A stretch of 64,000 nt of DNA, taken from positions 19,468,001 to 19,532,000 of the forward strand of contig JANJGN010000022.1 in assembly GCA_026770705.1 (NCBI GenBank), given 5' to 3'. Shown here in pieces: positions 62,259-64,000 of the stretch. The stretch is from Isurus oxyrinchus. Lineage: Eukaryota. The position numbers were made by a program, and so were the translations under genes. The number at the start of each line of letters is the position of its first letter. Within the stretch, counting starts at the first letter, position 1. The notes beneath the pieces were generated by a model. It saw nothing but the letters and a program-made list of their open reading frames with translations, searched no databases and was not told the DNA's origin.

Positions 62259-62749
62259 GTATGGTACATATTCGCAATATTACATACAATTGAAAGCCTT
62301 TTCACACTGTCATATGTCAAGGGGAAGAATTTCTGTGAAGTTTTCCTGATCATCCACCATAACTTTAGTAGATTGGTGGAATGGGTGGGTGAGGTGGCAA
62401 ATGGGTGAGGTGGCAGGTGTTTTGGGTGGCAACTGGGTGAGGTGCTCCCCAAGAGCTCCCCAGGAGCTCCACTAGTATTGTACAAGTAGGTTGGGAGATC
62501 CCCTGCAGAAACTCGAGTGACACACCCCAATTCATTGTAATAGAACATGGCTTTATGATGCATCCAGGTTCTGTTACAAGCCAGGTATATGCCTGTCACA
62601 GTGTGTCTTGAAGTGTCATAATTATTGTAATGTAGGAAACATGGCAGACAATTTGCAAACAGCAGGATCCCGCAAACTACAATGAAACAAATGGCCAGCT
62701 CACCTGTTTTTATATCTTTGTTCTGTATTACTTCTATTTTTAATGGTGG

Positions 62750-63485
62750 TTTTCCAATGAGCCTGCTGCCCTTGTTCTTCTAGGTGATAGAGTTCATGGA
62801 TTTGGAAGGTGCTGTCAAAAGAGCTTTGGTGAATAGCTGCAGTGTATCTTGTAGATAGTACAAACTGCAGCCACAGTGCACCAGTGGTGGAAAGAGCGAA
62901 TGTTTGTTTGTGAATGGGGTGGCAGTCAAGCAAACTGCTTTGTTCTGGATGGTATCGAACTTCTTGAGTGCTGTTGGAGCTGCGTTCATCCAGGCAAGCA
63001 GTATTGCACACCTGACTTGTATCTTACAGATGGTGAGCAGGTTTTGGGGAGTCAGAAGGTGAGATATGTTCTGGAGAATACCCAGCCTTTGACACATAGC
63101 CACAGTATTTATTTGGTTGGTTCAAATAATTTTCTGGTCAATGGTGACCCCACGATTTTGATGGTGGGAGATTCAGCAATGGTAATGTTGTTGAATGATT
63201 TGCTCTTGTTGGAGATGGTCATTGCGTGGCACACATGTGGCACAAATACTGCTTGCTACTTATCAGCCCAAGCCTGAATGTTGTCTAGACCTTGCTGCAT
63301 GTGGGCATGGATTGCTTCATTATCTGAAGCATTGTGAATGGAACTGAACATTGTGCAATCATTAGTAAACCTCCCCACTTCTGACCTTGAACATTCCCAC
63401 TTTTGATCTCATGATTCAGGGAAGGTCATTGATGAAGCAGTTGAAGAAGGTTGGGTCCAAGACTACCCTGAGGAACACCTGCAGA
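62750..63485 (-). mobile_element. CR1-clade LINE RT C-terminal fragment (second family)
   Basis: QRLGILQNISHLLTPQNLLTICKIQVR...AWMNAAPTALKKFDTIQNKA is a typical post-RT region of CR1-clade LINEs. Confidence 0.8.
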
Positions 63486-64000
63486 TCCCTTCAGACAAGA
63501 GAAATTCCCAGAAGACTGTACATTTTAGAGTGCTTCAAATGAGTTTTAAGCTTTCTGATATAATTTGAAAAGAACAACAAAGCCAGGAGAATTAAAAAGG
63601 AAGCAAGAAATAAGTGAAAAAAACACAGATTGATCCAAGTTTTAAAAACGCAAATAAATGAATAAAAATGCTGGACCAACATCAGCCAGCTTTAAAAATG
63701 AAAAACTCAAAGGACCTTTTACTGCTAACATTTCCACTGAAAACAGAAAACCACAGGCCAGCTGAAGTTAAATAATTTTGGAAATCTTAATGAAACACTT
63801 GTGTACCATCAGCAAGAGCTGGCTGTAATCTCAAAGCTGCCCAACTGTGAAATACTGGGCTGTGCAACCCAGGGACAGATTTGGCACAAAGCCCATCCCT
63901 GAGCTCCTCAGACTGCCAGCTCGACACAAACGTGCAGCCAATATATTTCATTGTAAAGTTTCTCCTACAAATCTTCTGCCATGCGCATTATGCTTTTCCT

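Noticed and set aside
1-64000. Prokaryotic systems (CRISPR arrays, operons, defence islands) and rRNA/tRNA genes
   Set aside because: The sequence is an intron-containing vertebrate locus. No repeat-spacer arrays or intact structural RNA genes were seen.

Overview
Eukaryotic, vertebrate genomic DNA. The repeat inventory (CR1 and L2 LINEs, Deu-domain SINEs, Penelope-derived palindromes, Harbinger and Gypsy fossils) points to a cartilaginous fish, which is an inference. One clear protein-coding gene is present: a complete 5-exon Polycomb chromobox gene of the CBX4/Pc2 type (+ strand, ATG 35249 to TGA 40649, 541 aa, all introns GT-AG). It has an intact chromodomain, SIM1, CtBP motif and Pc box, but appears to lack SIM2 and the VKPE SUMO acceptor of human CBX4. 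It sits in a broad CpG-retaining domain with candidate enhancers. Nearly all other ORFs in the track are transposon debris or chance ORFs. The most interesting observations are: (1) Penelope-derived palindromes carrying minimal hammerhead-ribozyme cores, one a near-perfect 173-nt hairpin; (2) the divergent SUMO modules of the CBX4 protein, suggesting a possible second paralog; (3) a possible small unrecognised spliced gene starting at 51737; (4) a full-span decayed Gypsy element with short LTRs, PBS and PPT. All family assignments come from motif recognition by eye, with no database searches, and no new biological system is proven.
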